In this document: in pieces, positions 25,613 through 38,987 of the stretch
Layout of the letters: every line of letters starts with the position of its first letter
Numbering within the stretch: position 1 is the stretch's first letter
From: Lytechinus pictus
Lineage: Eukaryota
DNA length: 64,000 nt
Assembly (NCBI RefSeq): GCF_037042905.1
Contig: NC_087252.1
Location: forward strand, 20,462,001 to 20,526,000
Direction of reading: 5' to 3'
The notes under the pieces: model-generated
What the model saw: the letters and a program-made list of their open reading frames with translations, nothing else
What the model was told of the DNA's origin: nothing
Database searches by the model: none
Translations under genes and position numbers: made by a program

Positions 25613-26797
25613 TATATAGGCCCTATTTTTTTTGCTTGTCAATTTTTAGGGACGAAATGACTTTGAATTTTTGGTAAAAACATTTTGTAATGCTTATCAA
25701 ATTTGCATCGGGAAAATGTGCCCTCCATAGGCCCTGTCCCCCCTAAATCTGAGGTTGGGACCATTGGCAACGGAAAGCAAAAATTTAGGGGAGGGGGACC
25801 ACCAAAATTTTGCGACAAGCCCCCCCCCCCAAAAAAAAAAGGTTTATCAACCAAATTTTAGGGGAGACCCCATGAAATTTTTAGGGGGGTCCACTGAAAT
25901 TTAGGGGGCACGCAGGAAAAAAAATTGACAAGCAAAAAAAAAAGGTTATCGACAAAAAAATTAGGAGGGGGGGGGGCGATTGTCCCCCACCTCAAATTTA
26001 GGGGAGACACGACCCCCCCCCCCCGCTGCCTATTGGGGGACGTTGTTACCTTTTTTGGGGGCTAAATTTTTTTTTTCGGTCCCCCCCTTTGATTACCTTT
26101 TTTTGTCAAAAATTTTGGTGCCCCCCCCCTAAATTTTTTTGATTGCCGCCGCTAATAGTGCCCTCCCCCCTTTGGAAAATCCTGGACCCTCCCTTGCCTA
26201 GATATATATGTTTAAAGAATTTATTATTTTGAAAGTCAGTGCCCCCGCCCCCCATGCTTTAGTTATCATGGCATAAAACTTATGTCATATCTAATCCTTA
26301 TATCAGCAAGAGGTCAGAGCATACTATCCGTCACCAAACGACTGCATTTGAGCCATTTTTTTCTCTCTTTTCTCTTCTTTCTATTTTTTTTTTTGTTATT
26401 TAATCATTGTTTATTTGGATAAGCTCGGATCCGAGACTAACTGGGACGGTGAACGCACTTTCGTTCGAGTTGTGTATTTGGGTAACAATAGGCCGAGGCG
26501 AGAAAGGACACGCCCACAATCCCTCGTTCATGCATGCCGCGCCGAGCTAGCTCTGTGCATACGTATCGACGAAATTTCAAAATGAAATTTGTACACAAAT
26601 CTGTCACAATTCGGACCCACTTTAGCCTCAGATTAACAGATATTTAGATCTCTTTGGAACACTAAAAGTCATTCACTTGGGGTTTTTTAATATGCTGATT
26701 CAGGTGAGGTACTTTTCAATGCTTTTAAACATAGATTTAAAAAATTAGATTTTCGTTTTGGGATCCCTAGTGGTAGGTGACAAACTTTGCTCGATCA

Positions 26798-27933
26798 TTT
26801 TTTGTCTTGCCTGCATAGCAGAGTGAGACTATAGGCGCCGCTTTTCGTCCAACATCAATACGATTTTGAAATGACATCGTAACTTAGAAAGTATATGGAC
26901 CTAGTTCATGAAACATGGACATAAGCTTAATCAAGTATTACTCAACATCCTGCCTGAGTTTCAGGTCACATGACCAAGGTCAAATGTCATTAAGGGTCAA
27001 TGAACTTAGACCATGTTGGGAGAATTATTTTCAAAATCTTAACCGAAGGTTAAGTTTTTGAAATGACATAACTTAGAAAGTATATGGACCTAGTTCATGA
27101 AACTTAGGCATAAGGTTAATCGAGTGTTAGTGAACATCCTGCTCGAGTTTCAGGTTACATGACCAAGGTCATAGGTCATTTAGGGTCAATGGACTTTGGC
27201 CAAGTTGGGGGTATTTGTTGAATTACCATCATAACTTTGAAAGTTTATGGATCTAGTTCATGAAACTTGGACATTAGATTAATCAGATACCTCTGAATAT
27301 CCTGTGCGAGTTTCAAGTCACATGACCATGGTCAGTGGTCATTTAAGGTCATTGAACTTTGGTCGTTTTGGGGGTATTTGTTAAATTACCATCCTAACTC
27401 TGAAAGTTTATGGATGTAGTTCATAAAACTTGGACATAAGAGTAATCAAGTATCAATGACATCCTGTACGAGTTTCAGGTCACATGACCATGGTCAGTGG
27501 TCATCTAAGGTCAATGAACTTTGGCTGTTTTGGGGGTATTTGTTAAATTACCATCCTAACTCTGAAAGTTTATGGATGTAGTTCATAAAACTTGGACATA
27601 AGAGTAATTAAGTATCACTGAACATCCCCTGTGAGTTTCAGGTCACAAAACCAAGGTCAAAGGTCAGTTAAGGTCAATAAACTTAGGCCATGTTGGGGTA
27701 ATTGTTGAATTGCCATCATAACTTTGAAAGTTATGGATAATGTAAATGAAATGTGGACATGTGTATAGTTGACAAGTCTTAAGTCACCGTCATTTATGGT
27801 CAATGAACGTGGTATTATGTCATATGAATGGTGTTTTTGTGAATGATTAGTTAATACCAATTTTCAAAGTTAGCACTGCTGCTATGTTAAATTGCGTAAT
27901 GCAGGCGAGACTGCCAGAGGCGTTCCACTTGTT
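26798..27933. mobile_element. Helentron/HINE-like repeat (copy C) with a ~150-bp tandem array
   Basis: TTTTTTGTCTTGCCTGCATAGCA ... GCAGGCGAGACTGCCAGAGGCGTTCCACTTGTT, with about six internal units. Confidence 0.65.
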
Positions 27934-28699
27934 TTTTCAGGGGGTGGGGGAGAATAGGCTTTATTTCATGGAATGAAAAAAATATTGCAACTGTTAGGGC
28001 CAAAATTATTCAGGATCTGGTTGTAGATGTCCTTGGATCACTAAAAAATAATTGTTTGTTTGAAAATGATATCTTTCAGTTTTATTGCAATTATTTCCTA
28101 TCTCTAATGAAATAAATGAATAGAAAACAAATGTCTTGGTTTCATTTTTTTTTATTTCTACATGTGTACCTCACATTCTACGCTCAGACAGAGGTTCTGA
28201 AAATTCTGTTATTGAAAAAATACAAATTGCTCTTCGATTTCATCATGATGATGAAAATGCAGCTTACAAGAGTTTTCTGTATGGAAAATCGACTCGGAAC
28301 CAGGTAAATTACCATTGTCATTCCTTTATCAAGGAATGAACTAAAGGGTGTTCGACATTGATGTCAATTAAGTTGTTCTCAGTTTCACCTAGGACCATCA
28401 AGAATCAACACCAGGGTGGCCAAGCTGGGCAGTTAGCCTATGAAAAAATATATTATTGATTTCCCTTGACATTCAATTGAAGCAGCTCCAATTTCATCAT
28501 GAGGAGTACATAAACTTAATATTGGTAATATATGTTACTAATAATCTTACATTTACTGTTAATGGCCTCAGCAGAAAAAAGGGGCACCCTTCACTTCCCT
28601 ATCAGCACCTATTTTAAGAGGAGCAAAGAATTATAAAGTCCTTATTTTATTGTTCGAAATACAAATCATAGAAATGTTCCGGAAATTTATTTTGCCCAA

Positions 28700-28875
28700 T
28701 TGCTTGTGAGCCCGGCAGCCACTGTGCAGCGCCAGATCGATGTAGCTCTACCCCTTGAAACAGGAAATCAGCAACTCCAATATTTTAATGTCTCATTGTT
28801 TGATGTGGCCGGGGTTTGAACTCCCAACCTCCCGATTGTGAGGCAGACACTCTGTCAACTGAGCCAACACACAGG
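28700..28875 (-). mobile_element. tRNA-derived SINE
   Basis: The - strand reads TGGCTCAGTTGACAGAGTG...GGGAGTTCAAACCCCGGCC (A-box and B-box), followed by a non-tRNA body. Confidence 0.6.
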
Positions 28876-29314
28876 TTATTACGTGACGCAATGATAAACA
28901 GTGAATTTTAAAAGAAAATGTACTCTTAAAACCAGTAAATGGCTTTGCTCTTGAACAATGTTCTAAACCCCCTTTTGGTCTTCTTCAAAATTTCCCTCAC
29001 AATTCTACATTTGTCATTCACAGTGATAATTTATTTTAGTCACTGTAATTCATATTTAAAGATGTATATGATGGATATTCCTATCCCTTTCAAAAATCAA
29101 CCTTGACTATTTACTGAATAACTTTTCGATCATTTACTTAAAATGCATACAAATTCCATTAAATTCCATTATAGAAAAGAGTTTTTTGCCCTTCAGATTA
29201 GCAGTTGAACCCAAAATACCACTACATTCTCCCCAAAGTTACATGCCCTTTTTCTCAATTATAACTCTCTGTGGTCGACATCTGATTCAGTTCATTTTTT
29301 GTTGGTATACATAT

Positions 29315-32300
29315 GGTCATTTTCAAACATAAGTGGACATGGGGGTGAAAGTTAAAACTTGCTCAAAATCAGTAGGCTTCAATTGTTTTTTAAACTAGAC
29401 ATCTCAAAGTATGTTTTTTCATTTCAGTTACATAAAATTATTAATTTTGTCTGGAAATACAGTGAATTTAGTGCAAGGGAAATTTAATGTTACAAAATGC
29501 TGATTTTTGCATTAAAATTCACATATTGCCTATCACAATATAAAATTTGTATTAGAAGCGTATTTGTTGGTAAGATACAAGTTCTGTATTGTATCTAACT
29601 CCTAAATAAGAAAAAAAAATTATCCGAAGTGTTTTTCTGAAAAAAGTAGATCTTTAAAGTTTTCAAAACTGGATGTCGTGTCACTCACGTTTAAAAGACA
29701 AAAAGTTTTCTAGTTATGTGTATTCTGAAAATTAATTTATCCCAGTACAGGAGCAAATACAGTTTTCCCATACCTTATTGTATATAAAGTAACTTGGTCC
29801 AAAGTGTTAAGGTTAAGCTATAATTAACTGTTAAAGTTGTGTCGTGTCACTCACAATGTCGTGTCACTCACGAAATGTCGTGTCACTCACGGTCTCATAT
29901 TGTGTATAAAAAAGGACATCGAATAATTTTTAAAGCATTTTACAAGATAAATTCAGGGATGGAGTCAAAATGTTGTTCCTGACATCATTTAGGCCTATGA
30001 AAGGCTAATATTTTTTTCCATTTTCCAAACTTCACCCCTATCAATGGAAATATTGAATTTGACGTTGAGTTCATCTATTTTCTTTCCTCTCCATGGTTTC
30101 CTCAGTTTCAAAAATCTTGACAACTTTCCATTCGTGTGAAGACTCAGATCCTAATTCATATTTTAATGATGTACTGAGATAAAAGAATATAACATGATCA
30201 ATCAACACAAAATTATGAATATATCAAGAGAAAACCACTATACATAGTAATGAACATATTTATAGTGCATAAAGATTTGGCGATGGTTCAAGTTAGTCAG
30301 GTATGACTTGAACATTCTCTGTCTCCATTTACAGAAATGAGCAGAACGTTCACATATCTTTTTAGGAATGTTATTTCTTTGTCTTACTAATTAAGAAAGG
30401 TTTAAAGCTACATGTAACAAGGTCAGGGATCTTATTTAGAAATTTGCAGAAATAGATAAATATTCTTATGGTACAAAAGAGTATGAAGAAATCTCTGTGA
30501 ACACCAAACATTCTTTCAAAATCAGAAAAACCTCTTTCCTTCTGATTAATTGAAATTAACCTTTTTTGCCACAAAGCATGTGTTCGAGTACATGAAATAA
30601 ACAAATTTTTTGCAAGAACATCTCAGGTGAGAATACACTGAGATATAAAGAGCATTCTGGATATTGCTTGAAGTAGCTACATGCCTGGTTAAAAATCATT
30701 CTTTGTTCGGCCACCATTCATACCCCTAGTGATGAACTAGGGTCTACACAGCAAACTACCGTGAGCGGGCCAATGTGGGTTTGGAGCAGATTTGCATTAC
30801 ACACAAAAATTGATAGAGTAAATTAGGTAGGTACCAACAAGTCCCAACCAAGACCGAAAATTTGCATTTAAGCAACTTTGGTGAGTTGCCTTGTTTTCAT
30901 GTAGATCAATTTTTCTTGGGGGGTACCCTGGTTAGAACTGAGCTGGACCTCGTGGGAAAAAGCTATAGAGGTATAGGGGAAGTATTTGATGGTTGGGGAT
31001 GCTGAATTGAATTTCAGTGTAATATCCAAGGGCTCATCAAAGGAAAGGCTAATGATATGAAGTTGTACATGTAGGTAATACTAAACAGACTGTGCTGTGG
31101 CTTTTTGCAAGAATCAGGTACTAACTATGCGTCTTTCACCTCGTGGCTTTCCATGTATTACTCGTGGTTTGGTTTATTATCAGATATGATAATTAGCAAT
31201 GAAAAACAGCTTGCAAGATTCCTGCTAAAAATCATAACTCTGAATTTTGGTACAGTGCCTTTGGAGGGGTCCACATACAAGCAGTGTTCAGGAGAAAACC
31301 AATGCTTGATGAGTTGAACTTGATCCCTATTAAAGTTTCTCACGGATTTATCTATCTGAAGTGTGCAGCCAAGTAACTGTGGTTTGGTACAGTGTACAAA
31401 AAAAGACATTGAAGCAGCCAAGTCCTATTTGGACAAGGCCTAAAATATTTAAGGAGGATAATATTGTAATCCAATATTTCAAGAAAAAGGAGTCATACAT
31501 GACATCATTGGCTACCAAACCATGCCAGATGGTGCGAGTGACTATTGAGAATACCTTTCTTACAAGGAAAAAATATTCCATCATTTGTGGATGCTGAATT
31601 GTAAACCCGTAAACTGTCAAATACAGATAAAGAGTTAAAGTTTTGAATGAAATCAGGCCACAAAAAGAATGTTTGAGTTGATGTCAATGCCAAGACCACA
31701 TAACACCTCCTTCAAGTGCCTCTTCCTCCAAAGAGGAGAGTGGTAGAAGCCCGAGTGTGACAATAATGCGGTATGGTATAGGGAATGTGAGTTGATGGGC
31801 AAATATGACCATAAACCAAGAATAAATCATTAGGATGACACATTATCAACTTTGAAAAGGCAGGTGTTATGTAATTAAGCTTGTTTTTTGGTTGATGGGA
31901 TTAAACTCTTGTAAATCATGCAAAAAATACTTTCGTTGTTGAGATAAATGTTGTATTTTTACACTTGTCGTGTCACTCACGTTTTGGATGTCGTGTCACT
32001 CACGGTATATAGGAGGGCACCATTTTCCATAGAGAAGGTTTGATTGATTCTGACTATATGTGCTAGATAGGTACACTATTTACGTACATTTATGGGTACT
32101 CACAGTACTCCTGGACCGCTACTTGGGCACGAATCCAATCATAAGTGATAATGGTCAGAAACCCATGTCCAAAATTTGTCGTGTCACTCACGCATCATTT
32201 TTCAATCATATCTACTAAACAAATTGTAGCATTCAAATCAAACTGGTAGTGACCCATGCCAGTCCTGCATTGTACATAATAGGGTAGTCATGATTGATTC

Positions 32301-32373
32301 ATAACCTTTAAGTTTAAAGATATGAGCCCTTAAATCTCTCCAATTGTCGTGTCACACACGTTTGAAAATGACC
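29315..32373. mobile_element. Non-autonomous or decayed TIR DNA transposon, ATAT (or AT/TA) target
   Basis: ATAT|GGTCATTTTCAAAC ... GTTTGAAAATGACC|ATAT. About 8 copies of TGTCGTGTCACTCACG cluster at both ends. Confidence 0.7.
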
Positions 32374-34655
32374 ATATTAGAACTGAAAGATATTGAATGA
32401 AAAAAGGTCAAAACTCTATAAGTGACCACCTGTCTAAAAAAAACACCATCATTTTTGTTTCCCTTGAAAATGATTTCTTAATGGAACACGTACTAAAGCT
32501 ATATTCAATGTACTGTAGTGGTGTTTAAAAAAAACATGGGGCTGCAATTTTCTCAAGCAGAATATTGTCAAGGATGGCCACTATGCTGTTAACTATTAAC
32601 ATGTTTAATGGCATTATTTTTATTTGTCATCTATGGTAAACTACCCTCTGCCCCCCCCCCCTTTATATTAAGTTCCTATTACATTGTTCTATTTTGGTGG
32701 TGGTTTTTTTATTTTTTTTATTTCTTTTTATGGGATGGTTTGGGCATGTTTGAGTATGTGATATTGTTGGGTTAGGGTTAGTGTTGATTCAACTAGCATA
32801 CTACTGGATAACTGGATACATATTTGTACTGTATGGGCCAAGACTATCAAGAACTCTTTAGTAATACATGTGATACCCGATGGCCTATACACACATGTGC
32901 TATGCTTCATGCATGATTTGGATATTACATGAATTTTATGCTGTTATGTCTAAACCAGTAATGAAAATTAAAAAAATGAACCTGTATTGATTTTATTATG
33001 TCTTTCAGCGAATAGAAAGATGGTGGGGATCGATGCGATCTGGAGGTATCAATTATTGGATTAACTTCTTCAAGGACATGTGTGATTCGGGGGCCTTGGA
33101 TAATTCCTGTTAAACAGATATGTATGCACAAGACATTATTAAATTATTTTTACCCTTTGAAAGATGAAAGATATACTATTTCATTCTTTTTTTTTGGGGG
33201 GGGGGTCAGCAACACTATGTCCATGTACAACAAACTGCTTATTGCTTTTTTCAATTTATTTTTTCAATCTTTATTTATTGCTATTTGCCTATTTTGTTTT
33301 TAATTGAAACCCTATAATGATTATTGTCGTGACAAAGATTGATCGATGTTCAATAGTTTTGTTAGATGGTGTTAAAACACATGATATTGTTAGATGGTGT
33401 TAAAACATATGATACTCTGAATATAAACTGACATATGGCACTATGATCTTGACAAAATACAATTCAATATAGATCAACTTTCATACAGGATAATTCGAAT
33501 AGAAAATTATATTCTCTTTGAGCGGAATGGTGAAGAGGTAGTTGAGATTGACATTTACAAATTCTTTTTCTTGTTGTAGTGAATGTCTGAGATTTTGCTT
33601 CATGGCATTGGTTCGTGCAGACTTGCATCGCATATCCCGATTGTGGAATGAGCATCATATACGCCTTAGTAGGAACACTGAGTCACATAGTGGAAAGCCT
33701 GATGAAATGTTCTTTTTACCACAACTCTTTGGTAATCAGCATTATATCATTCTCTAATTGTACAAATACATCAAAGAGCTTACATGTTTGTCAAACATGA
33801 TTTGCTTAAAATTTTACCACAAAAATAATTGCCTTTTTTATGGCAAAAAAGGGTTGTTACATAATACCCACATAGGAATATCCCAGGCTATATTCCGCTT
33901 GGTGTTAATAAGTAGATGTGTCTTCTCTTTACTTTTTTCTGGTGTTTGAAGCATGCTCTCAAAGAATTGCTGGTGTCATCTGTTTTTCTTATATTGCCTA
34001 CGTCAAATATGTTTTAATGATATTCAAGGTGAATTAAGCTGAGTCAGTGTTACATGTATTTCCAGAGTGATGCTACTGCAGGTATTAAAATATATGTAAA
34101 ACATAGACATATAAAACACATATAAAACATAAAATGTACTGGTTACATGTGTAAAAAGTATTAGATTTTGAGGTATTGAAAACTTGTCATAAAGCACATT
34201 GAAAGTTGCATTCGATCCTGATAAAAAAAATCTGTGTTCTGTTTTACAAATTATATTCTTTATTTTATTGCAGGAGCTGCTGACTACAAGCATGAAATAG
34301 ATGTGGATCAGTTAGATGTAATTGAGCAACATTATTGTGTATCTATGGGAGAAAATGGTTGCTCAGATGAATTTGAAGCAGCGGTCCTACTCTACAGTCA
34401 GCCCGCTACTCGCTCGTTAATGAGCATTTTATGCCCGCGTTATCGTGCGGCCCTCTATCGCCGAAGTCAGGACAACTACCATCGAGAAATTGGAAAAAAT
34501 TCTCGGGATATTGCAAGGGATGATGTCATTGCCTATTTCTTGCGCATGCTCAGTTTTTGAGTAGCCATGTTTGGGTAAGATTGTCTCCATAAAATTATCT
34601 TCGTTTTGATATCAATTTTTGGTGCAATTTCATCAAAAATACGTTTATACAGTAT

Positions 34656-37440
34656 TAGTCCAGGATAGGAGAGTCTTAACCTTGTTTTTTTATATATACA
34701 ATATTTTTTATGGTTTCTTGTCAATTCGAGGGTGCTGATTACGGATCTGGATGATGCCACTCGTGTAACCTTGAGCATTTTCCGCAAATTGGCAAAATCC
34801 AATATGGCCGCCAAAATATGCAAATTACCCATGAAAATCCTAAAATTGTCCGCATATTGGATATGAAATGCATGAAATCGTGTGGCAGGAGTGAAATACT
34901 CTCTGAAAAAATAATTTTTGACAAAATATTTATTTTCCTGATATTCAAAATGGCCGCCATAGGCCCTTGTATACTCTATTATGTACAATATGAATAGGGA
35001 AAACTAATTTTCACAAAAATGAGCACTTAAATGAGCACTAAAATGCAAAAACTCGCGATGTATGAACGAAGTAATATAAGCAAATCATCATTAATAACGA
35101 GATATATCATTTATTATGTCATTTATGGGAACATTGCTGTATTTTGATATCTAAAATAGCCGCCACTGGCCCAAACAAACATTGCGTACAATGGCAATGG
35201 GGGCCCAAAAATTCACAAGAGTGATCACTAAAATGCATATTATTAAGATTAAACGAGTGGAATTCTGACTAAAAGCATAATTGTTAACGAAATATATTAT
35301 TAATATGCCATGTATGTGATGAATGTTGTATTTTGATATTCAAAATGGCTGCCAAAGGCCATAAAAGTATTATGCACAATGAGAAAGAGGAGCGAAGAAA
35401 TCACAAGAGTGAGCACTAAAATGCATATATATGTGATAAATTAATGGGATACTGTCTATAAACGTATTTTCTAACGAAATATATCATTCAGGCTTCAAGT
35501 TTGCATTGAATACTGTATTTTGACTTTCAAAATGGCCGCCATAGACATTAACAGTATTATGTACAATGCAAAGTGGGAAACCAATATTCAAGGGAGTGAC
35601 CACCATAAATGCACGTAATAGTGATCTATGAGTAAAATATTGTCTGAAAGCATAATTTCTATTAAGATATATAATTTATTCTACCATTTAGGTGATAAAT
35701 ACTGTTATTAGAAAGTCAAAATGGCCGCTACAGGCCCTTATGGTATCATGCACAATGTGAATGGGAACAAATTATTTCAACATAATATGGCTTTGCTTGG
35801 CCAAATGGTGATGTATGAGTGAAATATTGTCTGAAAACATCATTTATAACAAAATATATCAAATCTTATGTAATTCAGGTGATAAATACTGTATTACAAC
35901 ATTCAAAATGGCTGCCATATGCCCTTTTTGTGAACATTATTTGTCTCCACTCAAATTGTATATTATACGATAAGGGCCTATGGTGGCCATTTCAATTTAA
36001 AAATGCATGATTTATCACCTTAATTACACAACATTATGATATATCTCGTTAGAAACCATGGTTTTAGACAATATTTCACCCTTACATCACAATTCACAAT
36101 TATATGCAATATTTAGAGTCAAGCAAAGCCAAATTCTGTCAAAATTATATGCACCATGTTACAACGTACACAATACTTTTAGGACTTACGGCAGCCACTT
36201 TGGATTTCAAAGTACAGCATTTATTACCTCCACGACCAATATGTGATGTGTTTAGTTAGAAATAATGTTTAAAACAATAGTTTTACCAGTACATCACAGT
36301 TATTTGCATTTTATGATTCTCACTCTTGTGAAAATCCGTTTCCCTATTTGCACGTTACATAATTTAGTTAGGGCTTGTAGAGGTTATTTTGAATGTCAAA
36401 ATACAGTATTTATCACCAATATGGCAGAAGACATGCTATAATTAAAAAAAATGCTTTCAAATAACATTTTACTCATACAACAGGATTATATGGATGTCAT
36501 AGTCAAGCAAATCCAAATTCTTACAAAATTATGTGTCCCCATTCACATTGTAGATAATACAGTTAGGACCTATAGGGACCATTTTGAATTTCATAATACA
36601 GCATTAATTATCTCATGCATGACAAAAAAATATATGTCTTGCTATAAAACATGTTGTCAGACAATACTTTACTCGTAGATTACAATTACATGCATTTTAT
36701 GTTTCTTACTCGTGTGAAAATTTGTTTCTCCATTCGCATTGTACATGATAAATATAGGGTCTATGGCGGCCATTTTGAATTTCAGCATTGATCACATAAA
36801 TGGCATATCAACAATGATGTTTTAGTCAGTATTCCATTCGTTTATCTTAATAATATGCATTTTAGTGATCAGTCTTGTCATTTTTTTGGCCCCGGCCATT
36901 GCCATTGTACATAATACTCTTTGGGGCCAGTGGCGGCTATTTAGATATCAAAATACAGCAATGTTCCCATAAATGACATAATAAATGATATATCTCGTTA
37001 GTAATGATGATTTGCATATATTACTTCATTCATACATCGCGATTTTTTTGCGGTTTAGTGCTCATTTTTGTGAAAATTAGTTTTCCCTATTCATATTGTA
37101 CATAATAGAGTATACATGGCCTATGGCGGCCATTTTGAATATCAGGTAAATAAATTTTTTGTCAACAATTATTTTTTCAGAGAGTATTTCACTCCTGCCA
37201 CACGATTTCAGGCATTTCATAGCCAATGTGCGGACAATTTTAGAATTTTCATGGGTAATTTGCATATTTTGGCGGCCATATTGGATTTTGCCAATTTGCG
37301 GAAAATGCTCAAGGTTACACGAGTGGCATCATCCAGATTCGTAATCAGCACCCTCGAATTGACAAGAAACCATAAAAAATTATTGTATATATAAAAAAAA
37401 CAAGGTTTGGTCAAGTTTCTATGGGGCCTATCCTGGACTA
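34656..37440. mobile_element. Non-autonomous Academ element with long (~550 bp) TIRs and a 3-bp TSD
   Basis: TAT|TAGTCCAGGATAGG ... CCTATCCTGGACTA|TAT. TAG...CTA ends with a 3-bp TSD are typical of Academ. Internal ~180-bp AAAATGGCCGCC units. Confidence 0.85.
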
Positions 37441-38056
37441 TATCGTAATCGTAAAGCAAATTTTAAAGAGTTTTTGTCCCCAGTTTGGTGACTTAATTTT
37501 GTTTCCGTGGACCTGACCCGTTCGAACAACAAAAAAATAGTTTGATACAGATTCGTAATGTCTAAAAATACAAAATAAAGTGTTTATTTTGAGGTTCCTG
37601 TATAGGAATATAGCGAAGTTTGCTCTGGAAGTTCAGGTTAAAATCGCTTTTTTACCGGAAGCGATGGTCAATATTGAGTGAACTGGCGCGAAATGGTAAA
37701 AACTGCGCGACCATTCCGTCGAATGCTCCCCCCTCTTTGCACTTCGTTGTGGTGCCCTGCGTATAGATTTCCGTGTAATGTCTTCAGTGCACTTGCACTG
37801 GAATTTATTCGAATCGAATGACTGAATGAAGTCGAAGATTTTAACATTGAATTAAGTAACTACAGTACAAACCTGGGTCAGCTGAAGTCATGTCAAATGT
37901 ATTTTTTTATGATCATCTAATCTAACGTTAGGCATGATATTTCTAAATTCTACTCTAGATCTAGATCTTTATTTTAGATCATCATCATACTCATAGTAAT
38001 TAATCATGTTCATCAGTTCATAATCATAGAATCTAACTTACTTGTCAGTAGATCTA

Positions 38057-38299
38057 GGGGCGCTGGTCTGAAAACTGGGATCATCCCTGTTTACAGGGAT
38101 TGTCCTAGTTTATAAGGACTTCTCCATACAAGAAATCTAGGAAAGTTCATTCACCGGTCAGCGGGGGAAGTGAAAAAAAACTGTCCTCATTACTCATAAA
38201 CAAGGACAGTCTCAATTTCTTAAGACTTGAATTGTCTCAGTTTTTTGGGATATATATCCTTGTTTTCTGGGACAATCCCAGTTTTCAGACCAGCGCCCC
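38057..38299. mobile_element. MITE with TA flanks
   Basis: TA|GGGGCGCTGGTCTGAAAACTGGGA ... TCCCAGTTTTCAGACCAGCGCCCC|TA. Confidence 0.75.
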
Positions 38300-38412
38300 T
38301 ACTGCTTGTCTGAGACTGAGTGAAGTTTTGAAGATGAAGTTGAACCATGAAGAAAAAAATTGATTGTCATGATTGGGATGTGGTTGGGCATGATTTGTAT
38401 TGTTACACTGTC

Positions 38413-38719
38413 GGTAATCCTGGTTTTTAAAATTTTAGGGGCCTAAAAATCATTTGCTCAAAAATAGTCACCAAACTCACCCCAAGTCATTCCCAGCGTA
38501 GCCCGTACTCCGTAGGCAGCTAGATCTGTGACTGTTTCATGTGTGGATAGTCCTGCCCTAGGGCCCAACTTTGTTAGGCGTAGATGATGTATTTTGGGGA
38601 GGGGGGGTGTCAAATGCTGATTGCTGGGATGAGTTGGGTAAAGTTTTTTAGCAGTCTCTTGGGTCAAGCCTACATGTATGTGTGCAAATAATTTTAGGCC
38701 CCTACAACCCAGGATTACC
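38413..38719. mobile_element. Small foldback/MITE-like element
   Basis: GGTAATCCTGG...GGGGCCTAAAAATCATTTGC is inverted to GCAAATAATTTTAGGCCCC...CCAGGATTACC. Confidence 0.5.
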
Positions 38720-38987
38720 CATATAGATCTCTAGACCTCTATAATAAATTGGGTCAAAATAAAATGTTTAAATGATGCTAATAATTTAGACAAATTAGAA
38801 TTCTAAATCCTAAATATAAACTTCATCTGCTGCATGCTTCTTTTATCTATCCATGCAGATGTGGTCATGATTCTTCTTCCTTTCTTTAACATTACAAATT
38901 AAACAATAAACATTCTTTTTGAGTTTGCAATTGAAACGCCTTGCCTGATCTTTCTTTTAATTACAGCTGCTCGTCATCGTATACGCC

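Larger units (their letters stand above)
9051..34394 (+). pseudogene. Spliced integrase-core (RNase H fold, DDE) transposase gene, IS3EU/Ginger-like, inactivated. Exons: 9051-9147, 11385-11475, 11707-11797, 12346-12431, 13594-13767, 17331-17428, 28164-28303, 33009-33121, 33580-33731, 34274-34394
   Basis: Exons join in phase to give ...LIASYFVAGQSMGMICAYL...SVRQLKRICRSL...GSCVGYRAMWQRL...MDPVGVESRRKHRLRRRVYSNKGPHYLIHIDGYDKLKPYGFAIHGAIDGFSRRVLWLEVGPTNNNP...GVPHILRSDRGSEN...YGKSTRNQRIERWW...ECLRFCF...WNEHHIR...GKPDEMFFLP. Catalytic candidates are D(HIDG), D(RSDRG) and E(RIERW). Lesions: acceptor CAT instead of CAG (28161-28163), in-frame TAA (33111-33113), Academ insertion at 34395. Confidence 0.85.

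Noticed and set aside
17770..26790. Possible single 9-kb insertion in the long intron
   Set aside because: Both ends look element-like, but no convincing TIR or TSD pair was found.
28805..28875. Possible tRNA gene
   Set aside because: A- and B-boxes are present, but there is no convincing cloverleaf and the sequence continues into a SINE-like body.
31105..31699. Cluster of short ORFs inside the 29315-32373 element
   Set aside because: May be decayed coding sequence, but I could not recognise a transposase motif in the frames I read.
34533..37459. Paired ORFs of 61-151 aa on opposite strands
   Set aside because: Chance frames within the long TIRs of the non-autonomous element.
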